From Rhodothermales bacterium (lineage in GTDB: Bacteria > Bacteroidota > Rhodothermia > Rhodothermales > Bin80), in assembly GCA_022821385.1 (NCBI GenBank), contig JAJEDR010000056.1, positions 28,038 through 92,037 on the forward strand: a DNA stretch of 64,000 nucleotides, given 5' to 3'. The position numbers and the translations under genes were made by a program. Shown piece after piece: positions 37,568 through 46,969 of the stretch; within the stretch, counting starts at the first letter, position 1, and every line of letters starts with the position of its first letter. The notes beneath the pieces are model-generated. The model saw nothing but the letters and a program-made list of their open reading frames with translations, was not told the DNA's origin and searched no databases.

Positions 37568-38941
37568 CTACATAAGCCAACGCAAACTGGCAAAGAGTGA
37601 CGCCAATACTCCCAGGGTTGCAAAGGCCGGATTGATCAAGTTTGCTCGAAGGGGCGGCCCGTAGATTCGCGGCATCAGCAAGTAGAAGACCATTGCCACG
37701 ATGCCTATGGCCAACAGACCGAGTCCTAGATCGCTCAAAAGGCCCAGAACCTCGGAGCCCGAAGCGTCGAAATCCATCTGACCTGTTCCTCGGGCGAAGG
37801 GGATGAGCAACGTTGGAACATAGATGAGCATCCAGCCGAGCCCTATCGCACCGATCAGCCGCACCGAACGGCGTCCCCGTTCGGGCTGGAGACTGATCCG
37901 TGAGACACCGTAAAGAGAGAGTTGGGCCGCAAACGTAGTGGCGAACGGTATAAGCAACCATCCCTCCTGGGCGATAGAATGAACAAATAGCCAGAGGAGT
38001 GCACCGCCGGCAATTGAGAGCATAGTGTATACAGTGTGGGAGCGTCGCTCGCTTGAGCGCGGCCACGCCAGCGTATGGATCACAAAAAAGACGAACGGAG
38101 CTATGAGCCACTGCCAGCCGCCCAGTGCAAAGGCCGCGTAGCCGAAAAGCGCACAACCAATGAGTGCACTGTCATCAAGCTTGCTGCGATACCGCCAAGC
38201 CAATGCAAACGCACCAAAGATGATGGCAGCCAACAGGCGGAAGAGGAGCAGCTGGGCGTCCTGATCGAGGTAGAGACGCAGAAATGCATGCGCACCTAGG
38301 GGAATGAAAAAATTGTCCAACCCGCGCCATGCCACAAGCTCAAGCATCATGACGAGGAGCGCAAGGATCGTCGCGATGAGAACGGCCTCCGCACGACCCG
38401 TGTCGGTCAAGAGTAGAAGCGGAAGGTGAGCGCTAAAAAATGCCACGAGGAAGAATGCCAATGACCCCTCAATGCTCTTGTAGCCATCCGAGGTCTTGTA
38501 TTGCGTTTGCCCGTAGCGAATACCCACCAGAGCTGCAACTGCATCAGCCAGCGCCAGCGTAAGGATCGGAACGACGTAGAGCAACCACTCGCCTTGGCTG
38601 ACTATGAAGAGCAGCGTGACCGAAATCGGGTAGTAAATCTCGCCGAGGCTGTCCCGGCCTACGCCGCCCAGAACGGTTCCAATGCCGCTGCGCAAGTTGC
38701 GGATTGACCGCGTTACCAACAAGGCCGTACACGCGAGTACGGCCAGCACGACCATCGGCCATGCCTGATCAAATACCCACGGTAGCGGAAGAACGACCAA
38801 CCCCATGCCGACATGGACCCCCTTGCGGAGAACCTCAGGATGAAAACGACTCCTCTTCTCCACTGCCTTGAGACCAACCAAAAGCACAGCGAGCGCAGCC
38901 AGCACGGCCGCCATGGCAAGGAGGTTTGATACGAGTGTCAT
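37568..38941 (-). CDS. Polyprenol (phytol/dolichol) kinase / CdsA-like CTP-transferase-family membrane protein with an extra ~240-aa C-terminal membrane domain
   Basis: RKGVHVGMG and LADAVAALVGIRYGQTQYKTSDGYKSIEGSLAFFLVAFF resemble the G-D-x-x-A-x-x-x-G...K-S-x-E-G motif of the VTE5/SEC59/CdsA family. Confidence 0.55.
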   Translation of the reverse strand: MTLVSNLLAMAAVLAALAVLLVGLKAVEKRSRFHPEVLRKGVHVGMGLVVLPLPWVFDQAWPMVVLAVLACTALLVTRSIRNLRSGIGTVLGGVGRDSLGEIYYPISVTLLFIVSQGEWLLYVVPILTLALADAVAALVGIRYGQTQYKTSDGYKSIEGSLAFFLVAFFSAHLPLLLLTDTGRAEAVLIATILALLVMMLELVAWRGLDNFFIPLGAHAFLRLYLDQDAQLLLFRLLAAIIFGAFALAWRYRSKLDDSALIGCALFGYAAFALGGWQWLIAPFVFFVIHTLAWPRSSERRSHTVYTMLSIAGGALLWLFVHSIAQEGWLLIPFATTFAAQLSLYGVSRISLQPERGRRSVRLIGAIGLGWMLIYVPTLLIPFARGTGQMDFDASGSEVLGLLSDLGLGLLAIGIVAMVFYLLMPRIYGPPLRANLINPAFATLGVLASLFASLRWLM

Positions 38942-38955
38942 CTATGCACGACAGT

Positions 38956-40092
38956 TCAATCAGGAGCTGAGCCATCTGCACGGCGGCCCGCTCCTGCTGT
39001 GACTGTTTCGACAACAAAACGGCTGTAGAAGAACGCCTTGTCTTGGAGATGAAGCCTCTCGGCAAGCTCCGTGTGCGAATTAAGGGTATGGGACAACTCC
39101 GGTGGACGACTGCGAGGCACCAGCATGTTCCAGTACGCGAATCGCGCCCCGTCGCGCGAGCGTGCGGCTAGTTTTGAGAGCAGCTCATGAAAATTCTCGT
39201 CGGACATGTATTCGAAAATGTCGCTAAGGTTGTAGCAGTCGACTCGAAGTTCAGGCTCGGACGCGAGAAGTTCCTCAATCGACATACAATGCCATTCCAG
39301 CCGGTCCAGATTCTCCCGGATGACGTCGAAATTCTCTCTCCTTAATGCATGCGGAAGAGCCGTGGTGTGACGGCCGGTGAGTATCCACTGGAGGTAGGGG
39401 TTGGCCGCGGGGTCGAGTTCGGTAAGAGCGTGCTTTGCGCGCGCAAGGATCCGTTCCGAAACCGAACCCTCGACATAGCGGAAAAAGGCCGGATCCCGTC
39501 CCATCCTACCCATTACGAAGCGAGAAAAGAAAAGTCGAAAAAGGAATTCCCAGCGCCGGTTGGCCCAGTGCCGATCGTAGAAGCGACGGCGTTCCTCTGC
39601 AGTGCCTCCGGCCAGAAGTCGCTCGACTCGTTGCCGGGAATGGATCCAAGGCAGTATCTTGTTACGAAAGGCCGCGAAGTACTCCTCGAACTTGCCGGCG
39701 GAGCCGATGCCGGCTCGGACGAGCTGCGGGCGAGCGTCCCAAAAGGCCCGGGCTTCGGCTTTGAGAACACCGCGGCACCGTAGATAAAGTGCTTCCCGAT
39801 CGTCGCATTCCCGCGAACCGATCAATTGAAGAAGCTGGTCGTGGTTAAGCACCCGATAGGCCGCGACTCGCAACTCGAGGCATGCCAATTGGGCTGGATT
39901 CATATCGACAGCTATCACACGGGCCGGACTACGTGAAAGTAGTGAGAGTGAGTTTTCCCCCGCCGAAGCAATAGAAAGGCAGACATCCCCTTCTTTGACG
40001 CCAAGTGCTTCCAAGAGGATATCGGCGTCCTCCCAGCACTGTGCATAGCGAATGAACGAGAAGTCGGCGCGGGCTGCTGCTTCAGTACTCAT
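38956..40092 (-). CDS. BtaA/DUF3419-family protein (SAM-dependent 3-amino-3-carboxypropyl transferase-like)
   Basis: IRYAQCWEDADILLEAL and the SAM-fold motif VCLSIASAGENSL are present. The start overlaps the upstream stop (ATGA at 40089-40092). Confidence 0.65.
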   Translation of the reverse strand: MSTEAAARADFSFIRYAQCWEDADILLEALGVKEGDVCLSIASAGENSLSLLSRSPARVIAVDMNPAQLACLELRVAAYRVLNHDQLLQLIGSRECDDREALYLRCRGVLKAEARAFWDARPQLVRAGIGSAGKFEEYFAAFRNKILPWIHSRQRVERLLAGGTAEERRRFYDRHWANRRWEFLFRLFFSRFVMGRMGRDPAFFRYVEGSVSERILARAKHALTELDPAANPYLQWILTGRHTTALPHALRRENFDVIRENLDRLEWHCMSIEELLASEPELRVDCYNLSDIFEYMSDENFHELLSKLAARSRDGARFAYWNMLVPRSRPPELSHTLNSHTELAERLHLQDKAFFYSRFVVETVTAGAGRRADGSAPD

Positions 40093-42827
40093 GCGTCGGC
40101 CTCCTTCCTCGATTGTGTAGAATGCTTGCTGTCATCCGAATCAGGCTCGGATTCAGGCCCGGCATCCAGGCGCACCGTGCCATGTGCGCCATCCATCTCC
40201 ACCCAACTGCCACTTTTGATCCGGGTGGTAACACCAGGGATGGAGACGATAGCGGGGATCCCCATTTCCCGTGCCACGATTGCCGAATGCGAAAGCAAGC
40301 TGCCGCGCTCAACCAATATTCCGGCAGCGGCCGGGAAGAGCATGATCCATCCAGGATCGGTACGCTCCGCTACCAGGATCTCTCCCTGTTGCAGCTCGGC
40401 CCCTCGTGGATCACGAATTACGCGCGCCCGGCCCTTCACGATACCGGGACAGCAACCAATGCCGCGAAGTGCATCCGTCCCTTGGGCTTCGTTGTCTTCG
40501 GCCCGACTCGCTGCGTTCTCAGCGTAGCTATTGGCAATGTAGGGGGCTCCAAAGGTTTCGAACCGGTCGGCTGGAGTTTCGAGTTTGGCGTAGCGCTCGA
40601 AGGCGCGACGGCGAATGCCTGCGAGACCACGAAGATCCTGGCATGTGACGGCTCCCTCGGTGTAAGACAAGATTTCATCGATGTCCAGGTAGAAGATGTC
40701 ACGTGGATCATCAAGGACGCCCTCGGCAAGGAATCTGCGCCCGATCTCGAGGAAGATTCTGCGTACGCGACCAAAAAGACGGGTGCGCTCAAACCTCAGA
40801 TTCTCACGATCACGCACGCGCCTCCGGGCATTGCGAAGTACCCAAGCGAAGATAGTACGCCGCAGAATGCGCCTGCCCAAGGCACGACGAACCCTCTCCT
40901 CGGCGCGCCTCCGCACGTCCGAAGAGATACCGCTCTCGAACGCTTGACCGCGTGCAAGCCTGGCGGCGGCGTGACCGATTGAGCGCAGCAAGGGCTCAGG
41001 GTCATCAAACAACGTCGTGGACTCAAGTTTGAGCTCATCGAGACAGCGGTCACCGAAAACATTGAGGTAATCGTCGTAGAGCCGCGCCAACTCGTTGTGG
41101 TCGCGCAAGGACCGGATGGCCGCCGTCGTTGCACCGTGGCAGAGCACATCAATCAACTCGTCGCGTCGCGCCGCGAGTGTGGCCATCTCGACGATGCGCC
41201 TCGCGGGCTCGGCACTGATCATGCCTCCTTGATCGCACACCAAGTCGTTTTGCAGGGAATCGTGTTCGTCCTTCTCGCCGGGACACCACCCGGACGTCAG
41301 ACGACCGAGCACACCGAAAAAAATCATGGCAAAGAAGTCGTTGATCAACGGCGCATCCCAGCGCGTAAGCAGTGTCGACTCAAGCGCGCGGTAGTCGGCT
41401 GCGAGTTGATCAAGACGCCTTGCATCAAGGGGCGGGTCCGGCGGAGCGAGCGCACGGTTTAGGCGGTCATAAAACCTTTCAATCATGTGTGGTAGCCGGA
41501 CTTGGTTGACTACCATTCCAGCCATGGTGTACATCATTCGAAGCAGGTCAAGTAGGCGCGCCGACCGGGAGGCGTTGGATTGCGTAGCCGTGATCTCGTC
41601 TGGAAGGCCCTCGCGGACGCCCATCATCTGCTCCATGAAGCGGCGATTGAATGTATAGCCCGGCAGCATCGCGATTACGCGATACCAGTTAAGGAGGTTG
41701 TAATAGACGCGACCGCGGATCAGCCCAAGCATTCGCTGAAATGTTAGATCGTTGGCTGCAATTCTAGCCTTGGAAACACCCAGAAGACGACAGAATTCGC
41801 GGTACACACCCTCGTAGGCATGCAGCGCAAAACTGAAGGTCAGTGGCGTGGTGATTCCGTTGTAGCTCTCTACGATGTTTGAATTGTCCCAGATGGCACG
41901 AACGCCGTCGGGATCCGGAGTGGCTACCAGAGAGGTGATCGGCCGCGATTGCAGCAGGAATAGATCCCCATCGTACATTGCCCACTCAATATCTTGGGGT
42001 CGTCCGAAGTGCCGCTCTGCGCGGCGCGCTAGCTCCGCAACCCGCATGGCCTGCTCATCAGTGAGCGACGGTTCGGAGGCCGCAGGCTCCAGGATTTCCT
42101 GCGTGGCAACGCCGAGGGGACTGTCAGGGGCCGGCCGATGTGCGAGTTGCTTGGCCACAATATTGCGCTCAAGGATCGTTCCGTCAAAATGGACCCGCCA
42201 AGTATCAGCATCGGCATCCCCACCAACCAGCGCCGTACCTAGGCCGCGTAGCGCGGAAACAACCGCAACGGAGCGACGTCCGGTAACCGGGTCAGCGCTG
42301 AAGGCGACCCCAGAGACCTCGCTGTCCACCATCGCCTGCACCAATACTGCTGGAGCCTGTGGTAGACCTGACAAGTCATTCTCGCGCCGGTAGGCCAGAA
42401 CGCGTTCGCTGAACCCAGACCTCCAAACATCGACTACGCGAGTCGGCAGATACTCGCGGGTCACGGACAGAAAGCTGTCGAACTGACCGGCAAATGAGTG
42501 CTCCACTCCGTCCTCCTGAATTCCAGACGAGCGCACCGCGACGAAACGACTGTCGCTGCTCAGTGCTGCGAAATGCCCCTCTACTTCCTCCATGACCTTG
42601 GACGCCGGTAGGACCTCGGCAAAGAACGCGCGAATGCTTTCCTGATTCTCCGCTTCGAGCAGGGTCCGGCGCTGAACCGGCGAAAGACTGGCTTCAAAGG
42701 CATTCGGCGCAATGACAAACCACACCGGAATCTTCAAGCCGGTGCGGGAGAGTGAGGCTAGAGCTGCTGCCTTGCCCCCCATCCGGCCAACATCAACCCC
42801 ACTCAGTTCTGAAAGCACAAAGTTCAT
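40089..42827 (-). CDS. PEP-synthase-like phosphotransferase with rifampicin-phosphotransferase-type domain order (ATP-grasp, unknown central domain, C-terminal His swivel)
   Basis: The N-terminal PPDK_N-like motif is GGKAAALASLSRTGLKIPVWFVI. The C-terminal PEP-utilizer swivel motif is GSLLSHSAIVAREMGIPAIV. The ATG at 42827 forms ATGA with the UbiA stop; the listed ORF start at 42911 is probably too long. Confidence 0.7.
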   Translation of the reverse strand: MNFVLSELSGVDVGRMGGKAAALASLSRTGLKIPVWFVIAPNAFEASLSPVQRRTLLEAENQESIRAFFAEVLPASKVMEEVEGHFAALSSDSRFVAVRSSGIQEDGVEHSFAGQFDSFLSVTREYLPTRVVDVWRSGFSERVLAYRRENDLSGLPQAPAVLVQAMVDSEVSGVAFSADPVTGRRSVAVVSALRGLGTALVGGDADADTWRVHFDGTILERNIVAKQLAHRPAPDSPLGVATQEILEPAASEPSLTDEQAMRVAELARRAERHFGRPQDIEWAMYDGDLFLLQSRPITSLVATPDPDGVRAIWDNSNIVESYNGITTPLTFSFALHAYEGVYREFCRLLGVSKARIAANDLTFQRMLGLIRGRVYYNLLNWYRVIAMLPGYTFNRRFMEQMMGVREGLPDEITATQSNASRSARLLDLLRMMYTMAGMVVNQVRLPHMIERFYDRLNRALAPPDPPLDARRLDQLAADYRALESTLLTRWDAPLINDFFAMIFFGVLGRLTSGWCPGEKDEHDSLQNDLVCDQGGMISAEPARRIVEMATLAARRDELIDVLCHGATTAAIRSLRDHNELARLYDDYLNVFGDRCLDELKLESTTLFDDPEPLLRSIGHAAARLARGQAFESGISSDVRRRAEERVRRALGRRILRRTIFAWVLRNARRRVRDRENLRFERTRLFGRVRRIFLEIGRRFLAEGVLDDPRDIFYLDIDEILSYTEGAVTCQDLRGLAGIRRRAFERYAKLETPADRFETFGAPYIANSYAENAASRAEDNEAQGTDALRGIGCCPGIVKGRARVIRDPRGAELQQGEILVAERTDPGWIMLFPAAAGILVERGSLLSHSAIVAREMGIPAIVSIPGVTTRIKSGSWVEMDGAHGTVRLDAGPESEPDSDDSKHSTQSRKEADA

Positions 42828-43777
42828 ATCAATTCTCTCAAGAATAGCGGAGCCGGTCCCAAACTCAGGTAAAGCACAAGCGTCCAAACTCCAGACCAAT
42901 TTTCGATCCACTTGCCTGCCTGCGGAGTTTGGCGACGCAGAAAGCTCAATCCTGTGAACACCGCAACGCCGAAAGTCATGCTGAGGACAATCGCCAGTGG
43001 CAGGAAGAAATCAATCCGGTGTGCGGCTATGCAGGCGCAAGCGAGCGTGAGCCCCATTACCAACCACCATGCACCCAGCGCCCGCTTCCGACCCCACACG
43101 GCAGAATACGTGGGTACGCCCTGCTCCTCATCTTGCGGACTGCGAATCTTACGACCGATTTCGATCACCATGCCATTGAATAGGCTGGCCAGCAGAAACC
43201 AGAAGAGCCCGGATGGAGGATAGCCCTGATAGGCCAGCCAGTCGGTGCTCGTCGCATAAAGATCGACGAGCGGCATGATGGCCATGTGTGAAATCATGTA
43301 CGTAAGGGGTTTGCCGCGCAGCCATTTCTCCACGAAGAACTCCTTGCTCATCAGCGCTTGGTATGTCCAGGTTACAAGAAGCAAGACCAGAAGCCGTGCG
43401 TCCAACCAAAGGGCTAAGCCGACCTGAACAATGGCGCCCAGTACGAAGAGGCTGCCTAACTCGCGCAAGCTCACCAGACCTCGCGGTACTGGACGGTACG
43501 GCCGATATAGCGCGTCCTCTTCTTCATCCTTGAACTCGTCTGCGATTCGTAGCTGGAGAAAGAAGATCAGGCAGGAACCGAACGCAACTACCACGGACAA
43601 GAGACTGGGCCATCCAGCAGTCGATCGCAGCATCCAAGCGAAGGCGACGGCACTAAAACTGAAGGCAAGGATCAGCGGCCCGTGCTGCACGAGCGGGAAA
43701 CGCTCCTTCTGGTACACCCACCAGCGCAAAATCCCCTTGCTGCGGGCGGTGCTTGAGACCTTTTCTCCGCCAGTCAT
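42824..43777 (-). CDS. UbiA-family prenyltransferase
   Basis: I count about 8 TM helices. The Asp-rich loop is RIADEFKDEEEDALYRPYRPVPRG. The ATG at 43777 forms ATGA with the HMGR stop (43774-43777); the listed start at 43867 is probably too long. Confidence 0.65.
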   Translation of the reverse strand: MTGGEKVSSTARSKGILRWWVYQKERFPLVQHGPLILAFSFSAVAFAWMLRSTAGWPSLLSVVVAFGSCLIFFLQLRIADEFKDEEEDALYRPYRPVPRGLVSLRELGSLFVLGAIVQVGLALWLDARLLVLLLVTWTYQALMSKEFFVEKWLRGKPLTYMISHMAIMPLVDLYATSTDWLAYQGYPPSGLFWFLLASLFNGMVIEIGRKIRSPQDEEQGVPTYSAVWGRKRALGAWWLVMGLTLACACIAAHRIDFFLPLAIVLSMTFGVAVFTGLSFLRRQTPQAGKWIENWSGVWTLVLYLSLGPAPLFLRELI

Positions 43778-45045
43778 CGCGCCAGCGTTTGGTGCGCCCT
43801 CGTGAAACCATGCGACGACAACGCGGCACTGATTGATAGCTCGCCTGCCAGCACCAGAGCCGCGCATACCTCGGCAAAAGCCGCCGAATTTCCCGGACCG
43901 GCCAGCTTGAGAATATCCATACAGGCATTCTGACTCGGCAGGCCTGTCCCGCCTCCAACCGTGCCCAAGATGAGATTGGGAAGCATGATCGAAGCATACA
44001 GGCCGCCTTCTTCAGCAGACTCAAAACGGGTCACACCCACAGCAGATTCGGCTACGCAGGCAGCATCCTGGCCGCAGGCAATGAAGAGGGCCGCCATTCC
44101 GTTGGCATAATGCCCCTGTATCCCAATGTTGCCACTCATGACACCGCCGATTGTCGCAGCGCGGTAGAAGTCCAGCATTCGGCGGGCATTTGTCTTCAGA
44201 TGTCCTTCGAGGATTTCCCGCGTAAGCGTAACCTCTGCCGTAACCTTTTTTCCACGAACGTTCTGAAAGGACAGATGGGATGCCTTCTTGTCTCCCGAAT
44301 GATTGCCTTCGACAAACCAGTAGGCGGGCTGAACCGGAGTCTGATCCAGAATGAAGCGGCAAACCGCATCAGTCGCAATCGTGACCATATTCTGTCCTGA
44401 AGCATCGCCGGTAACAAATTCGAAAATCAGGTAGATGTGGTTGCCCTCAACATTAAAGCGGGTACGGATGAGCAGACCATGACGTGTGGTGGACGCGGCT
44501 ATTTCCCTGAACGTCTCCACATGCTCGCTGGCCCACATGATGAACTTACCGACCTCGATCAGATTGTTGAATGCGAAGACGGGAGCACGAGTGACGCCCT
44601 CCCAAATTGCAGCTGCAGTACAGCCACCAGCCTGAGTGATGGCCTGCGCCCCCCGCGTGTAGGACGCTACGAGAGCGGCTTCCGTCGTGGCAAGGGGCAC
44701 ATAGTAGTCTTCTTGCGCGAATAGCCCCCGAACTCGCAACGGTCCTGCAAGCCCAATCGGAATCTTCGCAGTACCGATAAAGTTCTCGATGTTCTTGCTG
44801 TACGAACTCATCTGTTGACGCGTCATGGCATCAAATAGCTGTTGCCTCACCGATGCGTCTACATCTAGCATTTGCCAGCGTTGATCAACTGCCTCGGAAG
44901 AAATTGTCCCGGGCGCATCGCCTCGGGATACGCTTGGTGGGATGCCTTCCAATGAAGGCATCAGATCCTGCTCGATTTCCTGAGGGGAGCGTTCGGCGAG
45001 CAGGCGCTTGAAATAGCCCTGCACGCCCCGGAGATCAGCTGACAT
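43774..45045 (-). CDS. Class I hydroxymethylglutaryl-CoA reductase (catalytic domain only)
   Basis: ENFIGTAKIPIGLAGPL, PLATTEAALVAS (catalytic Glu), TGDASGQNMV, SGDKKAS (Asp/Lys) and the C-terminal SSHGF (His) are present. Confidence 0.8.
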   Translation of the reverse strand: MSADLRGVQGYFKRLLAERSPQEIEQDLMPSLEGIPPSVSRGDAPGTISSEAVDQRWQMLDVDASVRQQLFDAMTRQQMSSYSKNIENFIGTAKIPIGLAGPLRVRGLFAQEDYYVPLATTEAALVASYTRGAQAITQAGGCTAAAIWEGVTRAPVFAFNNLIEVGKFIMWASEHVETFREIAASTTRHGLLIRTRFNVEGNHIYLIFEFVTGDASGQNMVTIATDAVCRFILDQTPVQPAYWFVEGNHSGDKKASHLSFQNVRGKKVTAEVTLTREILEGHLKTNARRMLDFYRAATIGGVMSGNIGIQGHYANGMAALFIACGQDAACVAESAVGVTRFESAEEGGLYASIMLPNLILGTVGGGTGLPSQNACMDILKLAGPGNSAAFAEVCAALVLAGELSISAALSSHGFTRAHQTLAR

Positions 45046-46642
45046 GGCGTTTGAGTTCTTTTTCGAGTGATGAGTAGTCTATTTTTGCGTTGTGACGGCG
45101 ATCAACCGGTATTCGCGGCAGTCGCACCACCCTGTCGAGATGTGCCCAGGATAGCGCCTCTAACACGCGTCGCTCCGCGTCCGCTGGAGCTCGCGGACCC
45201 AGCTGTACAGCAAGCAGGCGCTCGCCGCTGAGTCTAGCAAGGGCGCTACGCTCGATCCAGTCCAAATTGCTTGCTGCACATTCCGCGGCGAAGGGATAGA
45301 TCGTGCCACGCGTGTCCTGAATGACGGCGCCAGCGCGCCCTAGAAGCCATAGCCGACCTTCGGCGTCCATATAGCCAGCGTCACCGGTACGATGCCAAAC
45401 CTCGCTTCCAACGCGGAACTTGGTTTCCTCGTCACCAACTCCGTTCAGGTAGCCGGTAAGAACATGGGGACCGCAAACAATGATTTCGCCCGGGTGCTCC
45501 GGAGGGAGTATTAAATCAGCGAACTCTTGCGCACTCGTGGCCGGCAGGGGCTCTCCCCATCGGTTGTCCGCAATACGAAGGTCAATTTGATGCACAGGCC
45601 TTCCGACCAGAAGCCCCTTTCCAGCATACATTGCGGCCAGATCGCTGGCACTCGCATCGTCCCAGTCAAGATGTGATATGGGCTCTGCCTCTGTGGACCC
45701 ATAGACCACAATAACTCGACCCTGTGGCATCGCCGCGCGAAGTTCATGCAACAGACGGGGAAAGACAGGAGCGCCGCCAGTATAAAGTTTTTCGAGCATG
45801 CCAAGGCGTACCCTTCCTTTCTCGCTTTCTTTCCCTGCAGCTTCACGGGCCCCCTCAAGCAACCTGTCGTACAGCGCCGGAGAGCCAACGGTCCGAGTAA
45901 TGCCGTGGTGCTCGAGTTGCTGAAGAACCGGGCCAGGCTCTATGAAGCCGGGTCGCCGGAGGTCGCATTGCGGAATTATTGAAGTGACGCCTGAGGCCAT
46001 ATTGGCTAGTACAAAGATCGGCAGGGTAGCGAGATCGACTTCACGGGGTTCCAGGTCGATGGACTCTGCCAAAACAGAATGCTGAGCCCGCAAAAATCCA
46101 TGACTGCGGACTGTCGCCTTAGGCTGTCCGGTGCTCCCGCTTGTGAATGTGAGTAGAGCTTCGTGCGACGAATTGCAAGTAGCGATCGAGTCCCGGGGGC
46201 TCAGATGTTTGAGTGTGGACCAGCGAACTGCGTTAGGGGCCCAACCTGCAGTTACGAAGTGGTGCTTGACTTGACGTAAACCTTTACAGATAAAACGTAA
46301 TATATGCGCCCGCGCCGGACCTAGGAAAGCCTTCGGACGAGCAATCTCGCAACACTGTTCAATATGTCTCCGTCCTGCAGACGGATCAAGCACAGTGGCC
46401 ACCAGCCCAAGACGGAAGATGCCCAGGAGTGCAACGTAGAGCTCAATGGACATCGGCTGAAAAAGAAGCACTCGATCACCCTTAGTCAACCCTGACATGC
46501 GAAACAACGCCGCAGCCCTGGCCGACCGTTCGGCAATCTGGGCAAAACTGAGCGTGCGGGTCCCTCTTCCAGCCCCTTCAACAATAGCCGGTCGGTCAGG
46601 GTATCTTGCGGCCTGCTCAATCAAGATATGACAGATATTCAC
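45035..46642 (-). CDS. ANL-superfamily adenylate-forming enzyme (acyl-CoA ligase / OleC-like)
   Basis: TSGSTGQPK, YGSTE, HRTGDAGY and the C-terminal PVDRRHNAKIDY are present. Confidence 0.8.
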   Translation of the reverse strand: MNICHILIEQAARYPDRPAIVEGAGRGTRTLSFAQIAERSARAAALFRMSGLTKGDRVLLFQPMSIELYVALLGIFRLGLVATVLDPSAGRRHIEQCCEIARPKAFLGPARAHILRFICKGLRQVKHHFVTAGWAPNAVRWSTLKHLSPRDSIATCNSSHEALLTFTSGSTGQPKATVRSHGFLRAQHSVLAESIDLEPREVDLATLPIFVLANMASGVTSIIPQCDLRRPGFIEPGPVLQQLEHHGITRTVGSPALYDRLLEGAREAAGKESEKGRVRLGMLEKLYTGGAPVFPRLLHELRAAMPQGRVIVVYGSTEAEPISHLDWDDASASDLAAMYAGKGLLVGRPVHQIDLRIADNRWGEPLPATSAQEFADLILPPEHPGEIIVCGPHVLTGYLNGVGDEETKFRVGSEVWHRTGDAGYMDAEGRLWLLGRAGAVIQDTRGTIYPFAAECAASNLDWIERSALARLSGERLLAVQLGPRAPADAERRVLEALSWAHLDRVVRLPRIPVDRRHNAKIDYSSLEKELKRHVS

Positions 46643-46718
46643 AGTCGCTCACGTTAAACGACAAATAACAGTTTCATTGCAGGTTCACACACGACAACAT
46701 TAGCCACCCTGTACTGGA

Positions 46719-46738
46719 CTAAGGCTAATCAGCCTTAG
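46719..46738. promoter_or_regulatory. Perfect 8-bp inverted repeat (ctaaggct-aatc-agccttag) in the GNAT to ligase spacer
   Basis: Read directly from the sequence. It lies 77 nt upstream of the ligase start and 231 nt downstream of the GNAT stop. No U-tract follows on the transcribed strand. Confidence 0.3.
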
Positions 46739-46969
46739 ACGCCCCTAATTTAACCAATCGGTATGATGTTTCCGCAGTGTGGGCTAATAGTTTGTGGCTT
46801 TGGTTGGTTTGGTGTCGTTTTTCGTGGGATTTCGGGGAGATTTTGATCAAATTTACCTGCTCATGTACATGCCAAGATCCCCAACCTCAACTCAAACCAC
46901 ACTTGGCTTACCCGGAAGTTAAAATGCGCAAACAGAATTAAAACGATGGTTGTAATGGTCACAGCACGG

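Noticed and set aside
40113-42393. Several long plus-strand ORFs (289, 133, 121 and 172 aa) and same-strand alternative-frame ORFs within the island. Similar ones occur at 37560-38156 and 39349-39783.
   Set aside because: They overlap well-supported minus-strand genes. Their translations are Arg/Pro/Ala/Ser-rich without motifs. This is the expected result of stop-codon depletion in GC-rich DNA.
43774-45045. Reading the HMG-CoA reductase as evidence for a mevalonate pathway cluster.
   Set aside because: No HMG-CoA synthase, mevalonate or phosphomevalonate kinase, decarboxylase or IDI is present in the window, so the context argues for a different role or is at least unresolved.
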